This document shows positions 48,762-58,468 of a stretch of DNA of 64,000 bases, piece by piece. Source of the stretch: Acidobacteriota bacterium. Its GTDB lineage: Bacteria > Acidobacteriota > CAIWXX01. The stretch spans positions 12,352-76,351 of the forward strand of contig JBFMAF010000038.1 of the NCBI GenBank assembly GCA_040755995.1, given 5' to 3'. Position numbers and translations under genes: made by a program. Positions within the stretch are counted from its first letter, which is position 1; each line of letters starts with the position of its first letter. A model generated the notes under the pieces. It saw only the letters and a program-made list of their open reading frames with translations, was not told where the DNA came from and searched no databases.

Positions 48762-49694
48762 TCACGTATCTTCATGCCCTGGCTCACCGACGGCCCCTCT
48801 GTCCATGTGCAGCGCCCGGAAATCAGCGGCGCTGTATTGAGCGACGGCTGCGTTCGTCTTGATGCCCTTCCCCGCGGATTCATTGCCCTGCGGTTCTTTC
48901 GTGATCTCGGGTGACCAGAGCACTTCGGGGAATCCCGGCTCGGAGGCTCTGGCAATCAAGACCTTCATTCCGTACTTCGCGCCGAGAGACCGGACAATGC
49001 GACCATAGAGAGGATAGGAGACCATTGGCGTATGCCCTGACCCTACCTGTTCATGTAACTCTTCAAGGGTCAACGGCGGCTTGTCTGTCTCGAATTGACC
49101 GGCGCAGGTCACCGCGAGGCCTTCAAAGAACCACGTCGGCCCCATGGCCTCTGCCGATCCATACCACGCTATTGCCACTTGTTCATGTGCCCTGTGAGCC
49201 AGTTCGTGGAGTATGAGCTGATGATAGTTCTGTTCGGCCCACGGCCATTCGGGATAGAGCTCCTGCCAGATGTCCTGGTACGTTCCGCGAGAAACCAGAA
49301 AGAGCTTTGCCCCTTCGACAGTGCCGGAGAATGTTTCGGGGATGCTCTCAGCGGGCGCAGCATACGCTTTCGCCAAATACTCTCGTGCCTTCGATGAACT
49401 CTCAAATATCATGACTGAGTCGATGATCTTCGGGTCAGGCAATCTGAACCCCGAGGACAGGAAAAAGGCGGAGACTTCACCCAACGCCATTGCTACATCC
49501 TTCTCGTACATGCTGCGTTCATGCTCAAGTGACGCGGGCACCTCAAATCGTAAGGGTTGAGCGCCGACTTCTGGAGTAGTGCGGCCGCGAAGGGGTGCGT
49601 TGCAGGCTGCCAAGAGGAACATGGCTGGGACCAGGCGGTGGGCAAGAGTGTTTCGGATTAGGGGCACGTATGACTCCTTTCGCTTTGCAGGCAT
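48762..49694 (-). CDS. putative lipoprotein zinc-metallopeptidase (HExxH)
   Basis: FLLAAC lipobox, ILHELAH...PTWFFEGLA. Confidence 0.65.
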   Translation of the reverse strand: MPAKRKESYVPLIRNTLAHRLVPAMFLLAACNAPLRGRTTPEVGAQPLRFEVPASLEHERSMYEKDVAMALGEVSAFFLSSGFRLPDPKIIDSVMIFESSSKAREYLAKAYAAPAESIPETFSGTVEGAKLFLVSRGTYQDIWQELYPEWPWAEQNYHQLILHELAHRAHEQVAIAWYGSAEAMGPTWFFEGLAVTCAGQFETDKPPLTLEELHEQVGSGHTPMVSYPLYGRIVRSLGAKYGMKVLIARASEPGFPEVLWSPEITKEPQGNESAGKGIKTNAAVAQYSAADFRALHMDRGAVGEPGHEDT

Positions 49695-49751
49695 CTAATT
49701 GTCCGGCCAGGCTGCCGCTCACTCAACCGAAGACTATCTCTGAGGTTGATT

Positions 49752-49949
49752 TCAATTCGACTGTCCCGCGCCCAGCTCCCGGATCCAATCCTCTATGACC
49801 TGGGCGGCATGTTTGCTGTAGTTGCTATGACCGTCTCGGGCCAGAATCACTCGGTATCCCAGCTTCTTCGCACCCATACAGGTGGCTCTGACGCACGCAT
49901 AGGTGACCAGACCCGTGACCACCAGACTTCCTATGCCCCTTGAGTCCAA
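49752..49949 (-). pseudogene. isochorismatase/cysteine hydrolase C-terminal fragment
   Basis: GIGSLVVTGLVTYACVRAT...LGYRVIL..DGHS; no N-terminus. Confidence 0.7.
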
Positions 49950-50029
49950 TTCCTTTTCCTTCGTGGCATCGGCTCAGTTCAACCACGACTTGCAGGCAGC
50001 CCTGCCGCTCCGCTGTGAAGTCCCATTGG

Positions 50030-50691
50030 TTAGACCGCTCCGGCATTCATCCGGAACATCTCCATGATCGGCACCGCCCCGCGGCTGCGCTGGGCGACAC
50101 CAGGGCCATCGGCTGAGAGGGGGGATAGATGTTGAGGGCCTGATCGCCACCGATTCGGGCCACTTCAGCCTCCCAGTCTGGCCAACGCCAGGTCTCGTAG
50201 AACAGGTCGACGTTGCCTGTAAAGCACCAGCATAGGAAATCACTGTATCCGCACTCCATGTCCTCCCACCGAAGTGAGTCGGGTGCGAAATACCACACCG
50301 TGTGCTTGCTGCCCCCGAAGCGACCACCGTCGAGAGCGAAGAACCCACCCACGACATCATCGGCGACTAGCACCCAAGCGGGAGGCGTATCGCTTTCCTG
50401 CATACCACACGCGAAGTTCCAGTCAGGCAAGGAGCGGGGCAAACGAGGATGGCCTGAGCCGAGAATCCTCATCCATCCATGATCTACCAGAAGGCCACCC
50501 GTATGAAAGATCACGGCACCCATCGGAGACCGCGTCGTCACCTGCACTGAGACGAGAGCCTGGCCCGCGTGGACGGAGGGTGGTAGAACCTCGACCGGCC
50601 TGACAGCCTTGCTGATCCACCCTTGCACCAGTGGCCACGCCGGCTCGTCTCGATTCACCAGTTGGTCGAGATCCTTCTTCACGTAGCCCAT
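50030..50691 (-). CDS. DUF2625 family protein, with a probable 1-nt frameshift in the C6 run at 50119-50124
   Basis: LVNRDEPAWPLV, QVTTRSPMGAV...TGGLLVDHGWMRILGSG, VADDVVGGFFA, YFAPDSLRWE; corrected tail RSRGAVPI..* ends in GTCTAAC. Confidence 0.85.
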
Positions 50692-50863
50692 CTCTGTGTC
50701 GGTCCAGCGGCGGAGTTCACCCTCGATGGCCCGCGCCACTCGGGTGGAACCACGTGTCACACCCCTTTGATATCGGACTCATGGACACTCTGGAGACCTC
50801 ACGGTGCCTCGTCACGCCGTTCTGCGCCTGTCACCCCTGTCGTGCACGCCTTCCTGCTGTCGG

Positions 50864-50933
50864 TCAAACGGCAACGGTCACGGGCGGCGGTTGAGCACAG
50901 CGGAACTGCGGTCCGGTGCAGCGCCTTGCTGCG
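50864..50933 (-). repeat. degenerate integron attC-like site
   Basis: GCAGC-AAGGCG-CTGCACCGGACCGCAGTTCCGCTGTGCTCAACCGCCGCCCGTGACC-GTTGCC-GTTTGAC resembles common attC architecture with mutated R boxes. Confidence 0.55.
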
Positions 50934-51174
50934 CGGCCTTGACGATTTCGCACTTTGCATAGACGAATTCAGGGTCAAGATCAATTCCAGAGTCCCATTC
51001 GATAGTGTCGAAGGCAACTCGCACCCGCTTGAAAGCCTCCTGGTCCTTGAGCCGTTGGAACACGCCGAACCCCAGAATCTGCTTCATGTCCAGCGTACCA
51101 GTCTCGCCGTTGTCAAAGACGATAGAAAGCATGTAGTCTTCACCGGGCACTACTTCTCTCACTGATGGATACAT
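50878..51174 (-). CDS. DUF2442 family antitoxin
   Basis: YMLSIVFDNGE...GVFQRLKD..AF...DTIEWDSGIDLDPE. Confidence 0.88.
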   Translation of the reverse strand: MYPSVREVVPGEDYMLSIVFDNGETGTLDMKQILGFGVFQRLKDQEAFKRVRVAFDTIEWDSGIDLDPEFVYAKCEIVKAAQQGAAPDRSSAVLNRRP

Positions 51175-51185
51175 CAGCCTGCTCC

Positions 51186-51388
51186 TTACTGAAGAGGTTG
51201 GATCTTGAATGTCTCTTCCCCATTCATCACCAGGTTCCAGTCGGCCATGAGTTCGTTCTGGTGCAGTTCAGCCCATGCCAGCACCAGTTTCGTTTGCTTA
51301 GTGGGAAGATCTCCTTCTGTCACTTCGCACGTACGAATCCCCAGTGTGGCTTTGTGTTCTACATAGTACACATGGAAATGGTCGGCAT
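51186..51388 (-). pseudogene. DUF4160 family toxin with internal deletion/frameshift
   Basis: MPTISM then shifted HFHVYY...LVLAWAELHQNELMADW...FKIQPL. Confidence 0.8.
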
Positions 51389-51849
51389 GCTTCTTCCCTC
51401 TTCGGTGAATCATACGCCTTATCTTCTGTCGGCGAACCGATGTTCAGACGGTTTTCGCCTGGACCCTGTCTCTCGCCTCTCCCTCCAGATGCTACGCCGC
51501 GCGGAAAACGGCGTCAAGATGGTCGCCATCAATGATTTGCCGAACTCCCGAGGCCTTCGCCGCTTCTTCGTGGCTACCGCATGACACGCCCCGCATCTCT
51601 CCTCACAACGTGTCCACCGGGCCCTGGCCGTCAACGAATGTAGACACGTAAACCACGGTTGACATCGACGGTATGTCGGCTCAGATACCCCGGCGCGTCC
51701 TCGCCCGAAGCACGCCTGCGCCGTTCTGCGGGACTTCGAGACCGGCCCGTCTCTCTCAACGTCTGTCCCCGCCCGCGCGCCGTCAACTGGCGTTGACATC
51801 GGGGCCGCGCACGACCCTTCTCTTTCAACAGCTTGCGGTTCCGGCCGGT

Positions 51850-51865
51850 TGGCATCGAGCACGCA
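51850..51865 (+). promoter_or_regulatory. possible sigma54 promoter of the pilin operon
   Basis: TGGCAT-CGAGC-ACGCA (GG-N10-GC), with GTCAAC-N4-GTTGAC palindromes upstream. Confidence 0.45.
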
Positions 51866-51891
51866 CTCCTCCGCTTGCCAGGAGGTGCAAC

Positions 51892-52230
51892 ATGGGACTC
51901 AATCTACTGGAAGCGTTGGTCGCATCGAGCGTATTCCTGTTCGGCGCCATGGCGGTTGCGCCGCTTCTGACCGAGGCAGCGTCAGCCGCCAGGCGAGCGG
52001 ATAGCCTGCTTGAGGCTACCACCGTCGCTCAGAACAGCCTGGACAGCCTCCGCGACGCGATTCAACGGGGAGAACCCGTGGAATCGTACGAGTGCGACCA
52101 GGCCGGGTTCCACGTCGTTCAATCGGTCGGCAGCCTGGACGCGGACTTCTACTGCTTGAGCGTTGCCGTCTCGGAGATGAGAGGGCGGCGCAATCTTGTG
52201 GAGCTCATCTCCTTTGTGGAGAAGCCATGA
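51892..52230 (+). CDS. PilV-like minor pilin
   Basis: AGGAGG RBS; MG|LNLLEALVA plus hydrophobic helix. Confidence 0.7.
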   Translation: MGLNLLEALVASSVFLFGAMAVAPLLTEAASAARRADSLLEATTVAQNSLDSLRDAIQRGEPVESYECDQAGFHVVQSVGSLDADFYCLSVAVSEMRGRRNLVELISFVEKP

Positions 52231-53051
52231 GGCGCACGCGGAGGAGACCATCCATCGCGTGGGCTGTCGATCATGCCGGCCACACTCTTGCCGAGGCCGC
52301 CGTGTCTCTCATGCTGATCTCGCTGTTCGTGCTGGCCGCCTTCCGGTGCTTCTCCGCGGCCAGGGACACCGCCGCGCGGATCACATCGCGCGCCTTCGGT
52401 GTCGACTCGCTGCGACTCGCAGCTGACGCGATGACCCATGACCTGTTCTGCGCTGGGTCGGGACTGGTCTCCGACGACAGCGGGTTCGCTCCGCTGGTCA
52501 CCGGTCCGCCTTTGCCTGGCGGGCCCTGGACGGACTCGGCGACAGTCTACGCGAACAATGCCGGCCAAGTGGTGGTACTCGCGGCGCCGGTCTTGCGCGG
52601 CGACAGGCAGTTGCGCGCCATCAGTGCGAGTGTGGAGGATGGCGACCGGGTGTTGCTGCGCGCAAGCGGAGCGTGGGAGGCCGCCCGTGTCGACGACGTC
52701 CGCCGCCACGGCCCGGAGACGCACATCACGCTGCAGAGCCCGTGCGCCCACGACTACACTTCTGCAGCCGGCGTCACCATCGTCCAGTACAGTTACGATC
52801 GGCGATCTCGGCGCCTGTACCGCTCCGTTAACGGCGGCACGCGCCAGCCGTTACTGGAGGAGTGCACTGGCCTGAGACTCTGCGTGATCACGAGGCAAGA
52901 TGGGCGGCCCGTCTTCGGACCCGTCGACTTCGACAGTCTTCTGCGGGCCGACTGCAACTACGATCTCTCCGTCGCTGGCAAGACCGTCTCTCGACGGGTT
53001 CCTTTCCTGGTCGGCCACCTGGAGTCGGGGTTCTTTGGGAGGAGTCTATGA
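52227..53051 (+). CDS. PilW-like minor pilin
   Basis: AG|HTLAEAAVSLMLI, DLFCAG, RRLYRSVNGG..QPL. Confidence 0.7.
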   Translation: MRRTRRRPSIAWAVDHAGHTLAEAAVSLMLISLFVLAAFRCFSAARDTAARITSRAFGVDSLRLAADAMTHDLFCAGSGLVSDDSGFAPLVTGPPLPGGPWTDSATVYANNAGQVVVLAAPVLRGDRQLRAISASVEDGDRVLLRASGAWEAARVDDVRRHGPETHITLQSPCAHDYTSAAGVTIVQYSYDRRSRRLYRSVNGGTRQPLLEECTGLRLCVITRQDGRPVFGPVDFDSLLRADCNYDLSVAGKTVSRRVPFLVGHLESGFFGRSL

Positions 53052-54580
53052 AGAGACATGAAGCGGCGGTCCTGGAAGAGCGCGGAAGCGCACTGCTTCT
53101 GGCCGTCATTCTGGTGAGTGTGTTGTTGGCCGTCGGGGCGGCGGTAGCGGTCGGCTCGCGAGGATCGGTCATGGCCTCGACCCAGCGATTGAGGTCGCTG
53201 GAAGCCGAGAATGCCGCCCGATCCGCGGTCCGCCTGCTATCGCGGAACCTCAGCTCCGAGCTTTCGTCCGAATCGTTGCGCGCCGAGCTGCTCACGACCT
53301 TCTCGTTAGGAGCCTCGGCGGCAGCCGAGAGGATCGGCCAGGCCCTGGCTCGCCTTCCCATCGGGTTCGAGAACATCCAGTCAGGCCCGGGGACGCTGCG
53401 GGGGAGCGTGCGTTGGGATCTCGAAACGGTGCGATCAGGCGATCCGCGCATCTACACGGCGCATTACTCGCTACTCGGAACCGGCACTGCGGCTCATTCG
53501 CTCGGATCGGTCTCGATCGAGCTCGCCGGCGATGCGCTCCTCAGCATCGGGCATCTTCCCATGAGCCACTACCAGGTCTGGGTTCCTCGGCAGCTCCTGT
53601 TCTCGATCAGCGAGTACACCGGACCGGTAAGAGTCCTAGGCGATGCCGCCTTCGACGCGCCAGTCGTCTTCCGGCGCGACCTGGAGTGCACCGGGTTGAC
53701 AGCGGCGGGTATCGAGCGGTGCGATGCGCGCGCTCGCGTACGTATGGGAGTCGCCCCGATCGAAGCCTCCGATTCGCTGCTGGAGGGAGGGATGGAGGAC
53801 ATCACATGGGACAAGCTGCGCTTGGTGCTGCGGCTCGAGCCCGGCGGTGACGCTCCGCCTCCGGGCGTCTACTTCGACGGCTCTCGCGCCGTGTTCATAG
53901 AAGGCACCGTCCTCGAGCTCGTGGCTGCCGCCCGCGGCGACGAGCAGTTCTTCACCGCGGTTCATGAGACTCTGGGGAAGGTGCATCTACGGATCGCCCC
54001 CGCGTTCACGACTGTGAGGGTAGGTGGAGGGCCGGAGGAAACGACGTTGGGCGCCAGGGATCGACTCATCGTGCGCGGAGATATCCGATCGCTCGCCGGC
54101 GGTGTGGTTGACGAGAACGGCGAGGCTGTACGAGGACCCGAGCCGCCGGACATCGAGGTTGCTTCGTTCTCCGGGCCCTTCACGATCGCCGCGTCGGGCC
54201 AGGTGACGATCACGGGTGACCTGTTGGCGCCCAGTGGGCCTGCTGGCCCGATCGCTCCGATCGGTCTCGTCTCCCAGCAAATCGCACACTCGGGCTCCCC
54301 CGGGTTCGTCTTGGCGGCTCCTGAACGCCAGCTCGATGTCGACGCGCACCTCTACACGAAGGGCGGCGTGGTCCGTGCCTCGTGCGAGCGGGCTGTTGTC
54401 CAGTCGATCCAGCTCTCAAACGTGATACCGAGTCCGCTGCCGCAGATCAGCGTCGTGTACCCAGACGCATCGGAAGGCGGGATCGGCAGTCCCCCCGGCT
54501 ACCCGGCTGCCCGCACCCCCGTCTGCTACATCGGGTGGCCAATGGCAAAACACATCCGATTCGTCGAGACGACGGATTGA
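53048..54580 (+). CDS. PilX-like protein
   Basis: ERG|SALLLAVILV (lacks E5), AENAARSAV, long C-terminal domain. Confidence 0.7.
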   Translation: MKRHEAAVLEERGSALLLAVILVSVLLAVGAAVAVGSRGSVMASTQRLRSLEAENAARSAVRLLSRNLSSELSSESLRAELLTTFSLGASAAAERIGQALARLPIGFENIQSGPGTLRGSVRWDLETVRSGDPRIYTAHYSLLGTGTAAHSLGSVSIELAGDALLSIGHLPMSHYQVWVPRQLLFSISEYTGPVRVLGDAAFDAPVVFRRDLECTGLTAAGIERCDARARVRMGVAPIEASDSLLEGGMEDITWDKLRLVLRLEPGGDAPPPGVYFDGSRAVFIEGTVLELVAAARGDEQFFTAVHETLGKVHLRIAPAFTTVRVGGGPEETTLGARDRLIVRGDIRSLAGGVVDENGEAVRGPEPPDIEVASFSGPFTIAASGQVTITGDLLAPSGPAGPIAPIGLVSQQIAHSGSPGFVLAAPERQLDVDAHLYTKGGVVRASCERAVVQSIQLSNVIPSPLPQISVVYPDASEGGIGSPPGYPAARTPVCYIGWPMAKHIRFVETTD

Positions 54581-54592
54581 GTGGAGGATGAA

Positions 54593-55132
54593 ATGAGTAA
54601 CCTGGTCCCGACCGACCACCCGATCCTCGTGATGCCGGCACAACACGTCGGGCGCGACGCGCCCGGCGCCGGCGCCGAGGCCTCCTCGCCAACCGCCCAT
54701 CGACAACCCGCCGGCTTCTCGCTTCTGGAAGCGATCGTGGTCCTCTGCCTGGTCGTGCTCTGCCTGGCGATCTCGTTCCCGGTGCTGGCAAACATGCGCG
54801 ACAAGTACGAGGCGAGCTCCGCGGCTTCCACGCTTTCGCTCGATCTCCTGGCCGTCCGCTATCGAGCCCTCGAGGAGAGCGCCTCCTATAGATTTCGGTT
54901 CGACGATCCCAGCGGCTACTCGATCGAGAAGTGGACTCGATATGGTTGGACAGTGCGCCTGCACAGAAGCTTCGACGACCGCGTCAGAATTCAGTCGAAC
55001 AACCACCCGGTGTTCACGCATTCCGGATCCGTCACGAATATGGCCACGGTGTACGTCTCCTGCGGCCAACAGAGGTTCCGCAAGGTGACGCTTTCGATCA
55101 CCGGGCGCGTGAAGGTCGAGCGCCTGCGATGA
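54593..55132 (+). CDS. FimT/GspH-like minor pilin
   Basis: AG|FSLLEAIVV, DLLAVRYRA, FTHSGS, LSITGRVK. Confidence 0.8.
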   Translation: MSNLVPTDHPILVMPAQHVGRDAPGAGAEASSPTAHRQPAGFSLLEAIVVLCLVVLCLAISFPVLANMRDKYEASSAASTLSLDLLAVRYRALEESASYRFRFDDPSGYSIEKWTRYGWTVRLHRSFDDRVRIQSNNHPVFTHSGSVTNMATVYVSCGQQRFRKVTLSITGRVKVERLR

Positions 55133-55219
55133 AGGCCATCCGAAATCTGGCAGGGGCGGCCGCGGTTCTGAGACCTGATCTCCCCTGCTGCGCGTGCCGC
55201 GCTGACGCGCGAATCAGTC

Positions 55220-55247
55220 TTGACAAGCCTCGCGGAGCTGGTAATAT
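55220..55247 (+). promoter_or_regulatory. sigma70 promoter of the tRNA
   Basis: TTGACA-16 nt-TAATAT. Confidence 0.6.
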
Positions 55248-55268
55248 GGACTCGTCGATCGACAGCGA

Positions 55269-55344
55269 GCGGGCATAGCTCAGCTGGTAGAGTACAAGCT
55301 TCCCAAGCTTGGTGCCACGGGTTCGATCCCCGTTGCCCGCTCCA
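55269..55344 (+). tRNA. tRNA-Gly (anticodon CCC)
   Basis: GCGGGCA acceptor stem, D-arm, CAAGC-TTCCCAA-GCTTG, GGTTCGATCCC, 3' TCCA. Confidence 0.97.
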
Positions 55345-55447
55345 GTTTTTTTGCCGATGAATGAACATGCGGCGAGACGTCCACCGGCGACAAGTGCCCG
55401 GTGCGACGGCTTGACCGCGCGGGCCCGATCGCGAGCAACCAGGAGGA

Positions 55448-55963
55448 ATGAAGTTGGGACTATTTGGTGACGCCAAACCTCAGAGGCCGCCGCAGAGCAG
55501 CGGAACGGCACCGACCATGCCGTCGCCCATGGGCCTGCCACCGTCTCAACTCAAGAACCCATGCACGGTCCTGGGGCCGACACTCGAGGTCGTGGGGGAG
55601 ATGACCTCCGACGAGGACGTCATCATCGAAGGCAAGTTCTCGGGCAAGCTGTCCTGTACGTCGCGCATTACCATAGGGCGGACGGGTGTGGTCGAGGCGG
55701 ATCTCGACGCCGACACAATTCAAATCAGCGGCAAGGTGAGAGGGAATCTGAACGCGCGGCACAAGATCGAGATCATCGCGAGCGGTTTCCTGGAGGGGAA
55801 CATCAGGACGCCGAAGGTGATCGTGGCAGAGGGGGCGGTGTTCAAGGGGAGCGTAGACATGTCACCGATTGCGGCGGCTCCCGCCGCCAAACTCGAAGTC
55901 CCCCCGCAGATGGTCGCCGTGCCCGCTGCCGCTGCACAGGGGCCGGCCCGCGCGAAGAAGTAG
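55448..55963 (+). CDS. bactofilin (polymer-forming cytoskeletal protein)
   Basis: TVLGPTLEVVGEM...IEGKFSG...GKVRGNL...AEGAVFKG. Confidence 0.9.
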   Translation: MKLGLFGDAKPQRPPQSSGTAPTMPSPMGLPPSQLKNPCTVLGPTLEVVGEMTSDEDVIIEGKFSGKLSCTSRITIGRTGVVEADLDADTIQISGKVRGNLNARHKIEIIASGFLEGNIRTPKVIVAEGAVFKGSVDMSPIAAAPAAKLEVPPQMVAVPAAAAQGPARAKK

Positions 55964-56012
55964 CCGCGACGGGCCGTTCAGGAAGTACGCCGTTCGGCCC
56001 AACGCTGGTTCT

Positions 56013-56675
56013 TCACCGGAGTCTCGCTGGCAGGCGTCGCCGAGCAGGGCGCGCCAGCTGCCTTGAGCCAGCCCGGCGGCGCGCGCAGATCGCGGCCAGC
56101 CTCAGGAATAGCCCAACGGGGAATCCGACCACATTGAGGTAGTTGCCCTCGATCCGTTCCACGAACGCGGCAGCGCCTTCCTGAATGCCGTACGCTCCCG
56201 CCTTGTCCATCGGCTCGCCGGTCCGTACGTACCTCTCGATCTCGCTTTCGGTCAGCCGCCGGAACTTGACCACGGTCACGTCAGCAGCAGCAAGCGCCCT
56301 CCCTGTGCCGCCATCGACGATGGCCACTCCCGTGATGACGCGGTGCGTCCTTCCCGAGAGGAGCCGCAGCATCCGCGCTGCTTCGCGACGCGATCCGGGC
56401 TTGCCGAGGACCTGCCGTCCGAGCACCACTATGGTGTCGGCGCCGATGTACCACGCGTCGCCATCACCCCGCCCGCGTGCCGCGAGAGCCTTGTCGACAG
56501 CCAGCCGGCGGGCGAAGGAGGCGGGGGACTCGCCGGCCCGCCGTTGCTCATCCACGTCCGCGCTGACGGCGCGGAAGCGAAGGCCGAGCTTCCGGAGGAT
56601 TTCGGCGCGCCTGGGCGAGGCGGAAGCGAGCACCACCTTCTTCCTGCGGTTCAGCACTTCCAGCACCGATCGCAC
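56013..56675 (-). CDS. maf: Maf-family nucleoside triphosphate pyrophosphatase
   Basis: LASASPRR, GADTIV, LGKP, LSGRTH, DKAGAYGIQ. Confidence 0.95.
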   Translation of the reverse strand: MRSVLEVLNRRKKVVLASASPRRAEILRKLGLRFRAVSADVDEQRRAGESPASFARRLAVDKALAARGRGDGDAWYIGADTIVVLGRQVLGKPGSRREAARMLRLLSGRTHRVITGVAIVDGGTGRALAAADVTVVKFRRLTESEIERYVRTGEPMDKAGAYGIQEGAAAFVERIEGNYLNVVGFPVGLFLRLAAICARRRAGSRQLARPARRRLPARLR

Positions 56676-56718
56676 GCCAGCCAGCCCCCCTTGCGAAAAC
56701 TCGATTCTCGCGGGCCCG

Positions 56719-57618
56719 CTACTCTCGCACGCCGGGGGCGCGCAGCGGCTTGCCGAACTTCTCGAACACCTGAACCACCGCGGTGTAGTTCAGCTCGGAG
56801 AGGCCGAACACGGTCCCGGCCTGATATAACTCCCTGGCGACCGACCCGAGGAACAGGGGGTAGCCGGCCTGCTGCGCGAGATCGCGGGCGAGGCTGAGGT
56901 CCTTGAGGCCGAGGGCGAGCGCGAAGCTCGGCGTAAAGCGACCCTGGATGATGTTGCCCATGTGTCTCTGTGATACGTAGCTCGAGGGGAAGCCCTTCGT
57001 GAGTGCCTGGTGCATCTTCTCGGCGTCCAGTCCGAGGGCACCCGCCAACGCCAACCCCTCGCCAAGGACAGCCATATTGGTGAGCGCGATGAGATTCGCC
57101 ACGAGCTTCGCAGCGTGTCCGTCGCCCGGTCCGCCGACATGGATGATTTCCTTCCCGAGCAGTGAGAGAATCGGCAATGCCGCAGCGTAGTCTACTGCTT
57201 CGGCGCCGACGAGAAACTGGAGGCCCCCGTCGCGTGCCACCGATGGCCCGCCGATAACGGGGGCATCGACGTATTTCGCGCCGCGATCGGACACGCGGCG
57301 AAGATTCTCGCGGGTGAGGGAGGGAAGGCTGGTGGAGCAGTCGAGTACGAGGGTTTCGGGTTCGAGACCGGCGACGAGACCGTGCTCGCCGTTCATCACC
57401 TCGCCGATTTCGCCGGGACCGGGCAGCATCAACACGACGCATTGGGAGCCGCCGGCCACCTCAGCCGGCGAACCCGCCGTAGTCCCACCAGCCGCCGCCA
57501 ACTCGTCATGTTCCGGACGCCGCGTCCGAACGCTGCCTGTCAGGCGATGCCCTGCTCCTATGAGGCGCATCGCCATGGGCAGTCCCATCTTGCCCAGGCC
57601 GATGAATCCGATGTTCAT
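56719..57618 (-). CDS. NAD(P)-dependent oxidoreductase, 3-hydroxyisobutyrate/2-hydroxy-3-oxopropionate reductase family
   Basis: IGFIGLGKMG, DCSTS, DAPVIGG, AKLVAN, KDL. Confidence 0.9.
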   Translation of the reverse strand: MNIGFIGLGKMGLPMAMRLIGAGHRLTGSVRTRRPEHDELAAAGGTTAGSPAEVAGGSQCVVLMLPGPGEIGEVMNGEHGLVAGLEPETLVLDCSTSLPSLTRENLRRVSDRGAKYVDAPVIGGPSVARDGGLQFLVGAEAVDYAAALPILSLLGKEIIHVGGPGDGHAAKLVANLIALTNMAVLGEGLALAGALGLDAEKMHQALTKGFPSSYVSQRHMGNIIQGRFTPSFALALGLKDLSLARDLAQQAGYPLFLGSVARELYQAGTVFGLSELNYTAVVQVFEKFGKPLRAPGVRE

Positions 57619-57754
57619 GATCTCCTCCTCGCCCATTCTGCCGCCGCGCCAAACGGCCGCCGGTCCCGTGATTATAATCGATGTTCCCGGGCGAAGGACG
57701 CTCAGACCCGAACCTGCTGTGGTAGAATAGCTCGCGGGTGACCGGCCGTTCCCC

Positions 57755-58423
57755 TTGAGCCGCAGCCCAAATCCAAAGGAAGGGCTTCTGCGTTATTCTC
57801 CAATGGAGCCACAGGATGACGTGGTGAAAGACAGCGACGAAGTCCTGTTCCTCAAGTACAGGGAGGGGAGTATGGAGGCGTTTGAGGAGCTGCTCGGACG
57901 ATACGAGAGCCCACTGCTCCGCTACCTCCTCTCATTCACTCGAAACAGGCAGCTTGCGGAGGATCTATTTCAGGAGACGTTTGCGCGATTGGTGGAGCGC
58001 AAGGAGTACTACACGCCCGAAGCGCCTTTCAAGTATTACCTGTACAGGGTGGCGCGAAACCTGGCCGTGGACTCTGCCCGAAGGCTCAAGGTGCGCCGAG
58101 CCGTCTCGATCGACGAGACGAGCGAGAACGACACCCCGATGCAGATCCCGTCGGACGATCCGAGCCCGGAAAGATTGGCGATGACGCGCGAGCTCGGGTC
58201 GACGCTCAAGCGGGCAATCGATGAGCTGCGAGACGATCAGAGGGAGGTGTTCCTCATGCGGGAGGAGCTCGGAATGACGTTCGAGGAGATCGCACGGATG
58301 ACCGGCGTCCCGCTGCCGACAGTCAAGAGCCGGATGCTGTACGCACTGAGACACCTCCGTAAGTCGCTCTACGGCCGCTACGTCGGGCTCAAGGCCGTAG
58401 GGGAACCCTGCGAGGCATCGTGA
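57755..58423 (+). CDS. ECF RNA polymerase sigma factor
   Basis: AEDLFQETF, YLYRVARNLAVD, MTFEEIA...TVKSRM; exact start uncertain. Confidence 0.92.
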   Translation: MSRSPNPKEGLLRYSPMEPQDDVVKDSDEVLFLKYREGSMEAFEELLGRYESPLLRYLLSFTRNRQLAEDLFQETFARLVERKEYYTPEAPFKYYLYRVARNLAVDSARRLKVRRAVSIDETSENDTPMQIPSDDPSPERLAMTRELGSTLKRAIDELRDDQREVFLMREELGMTFEEIARMTGVPLPTVKSRMLYALRHLRKSLYGRYVGLKAVGEPCEAS

Positions 58424-58468
58424 TGTATTCGATAGCCTGGACGGGCGCACCAGAGGCCACGAGAGATC

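Noticed and set aside
55269..55344. tRNA-Gly as the integration site of an island
   Set aside because: I saw no integrase and no duplicated tRNA 3' end in the window.
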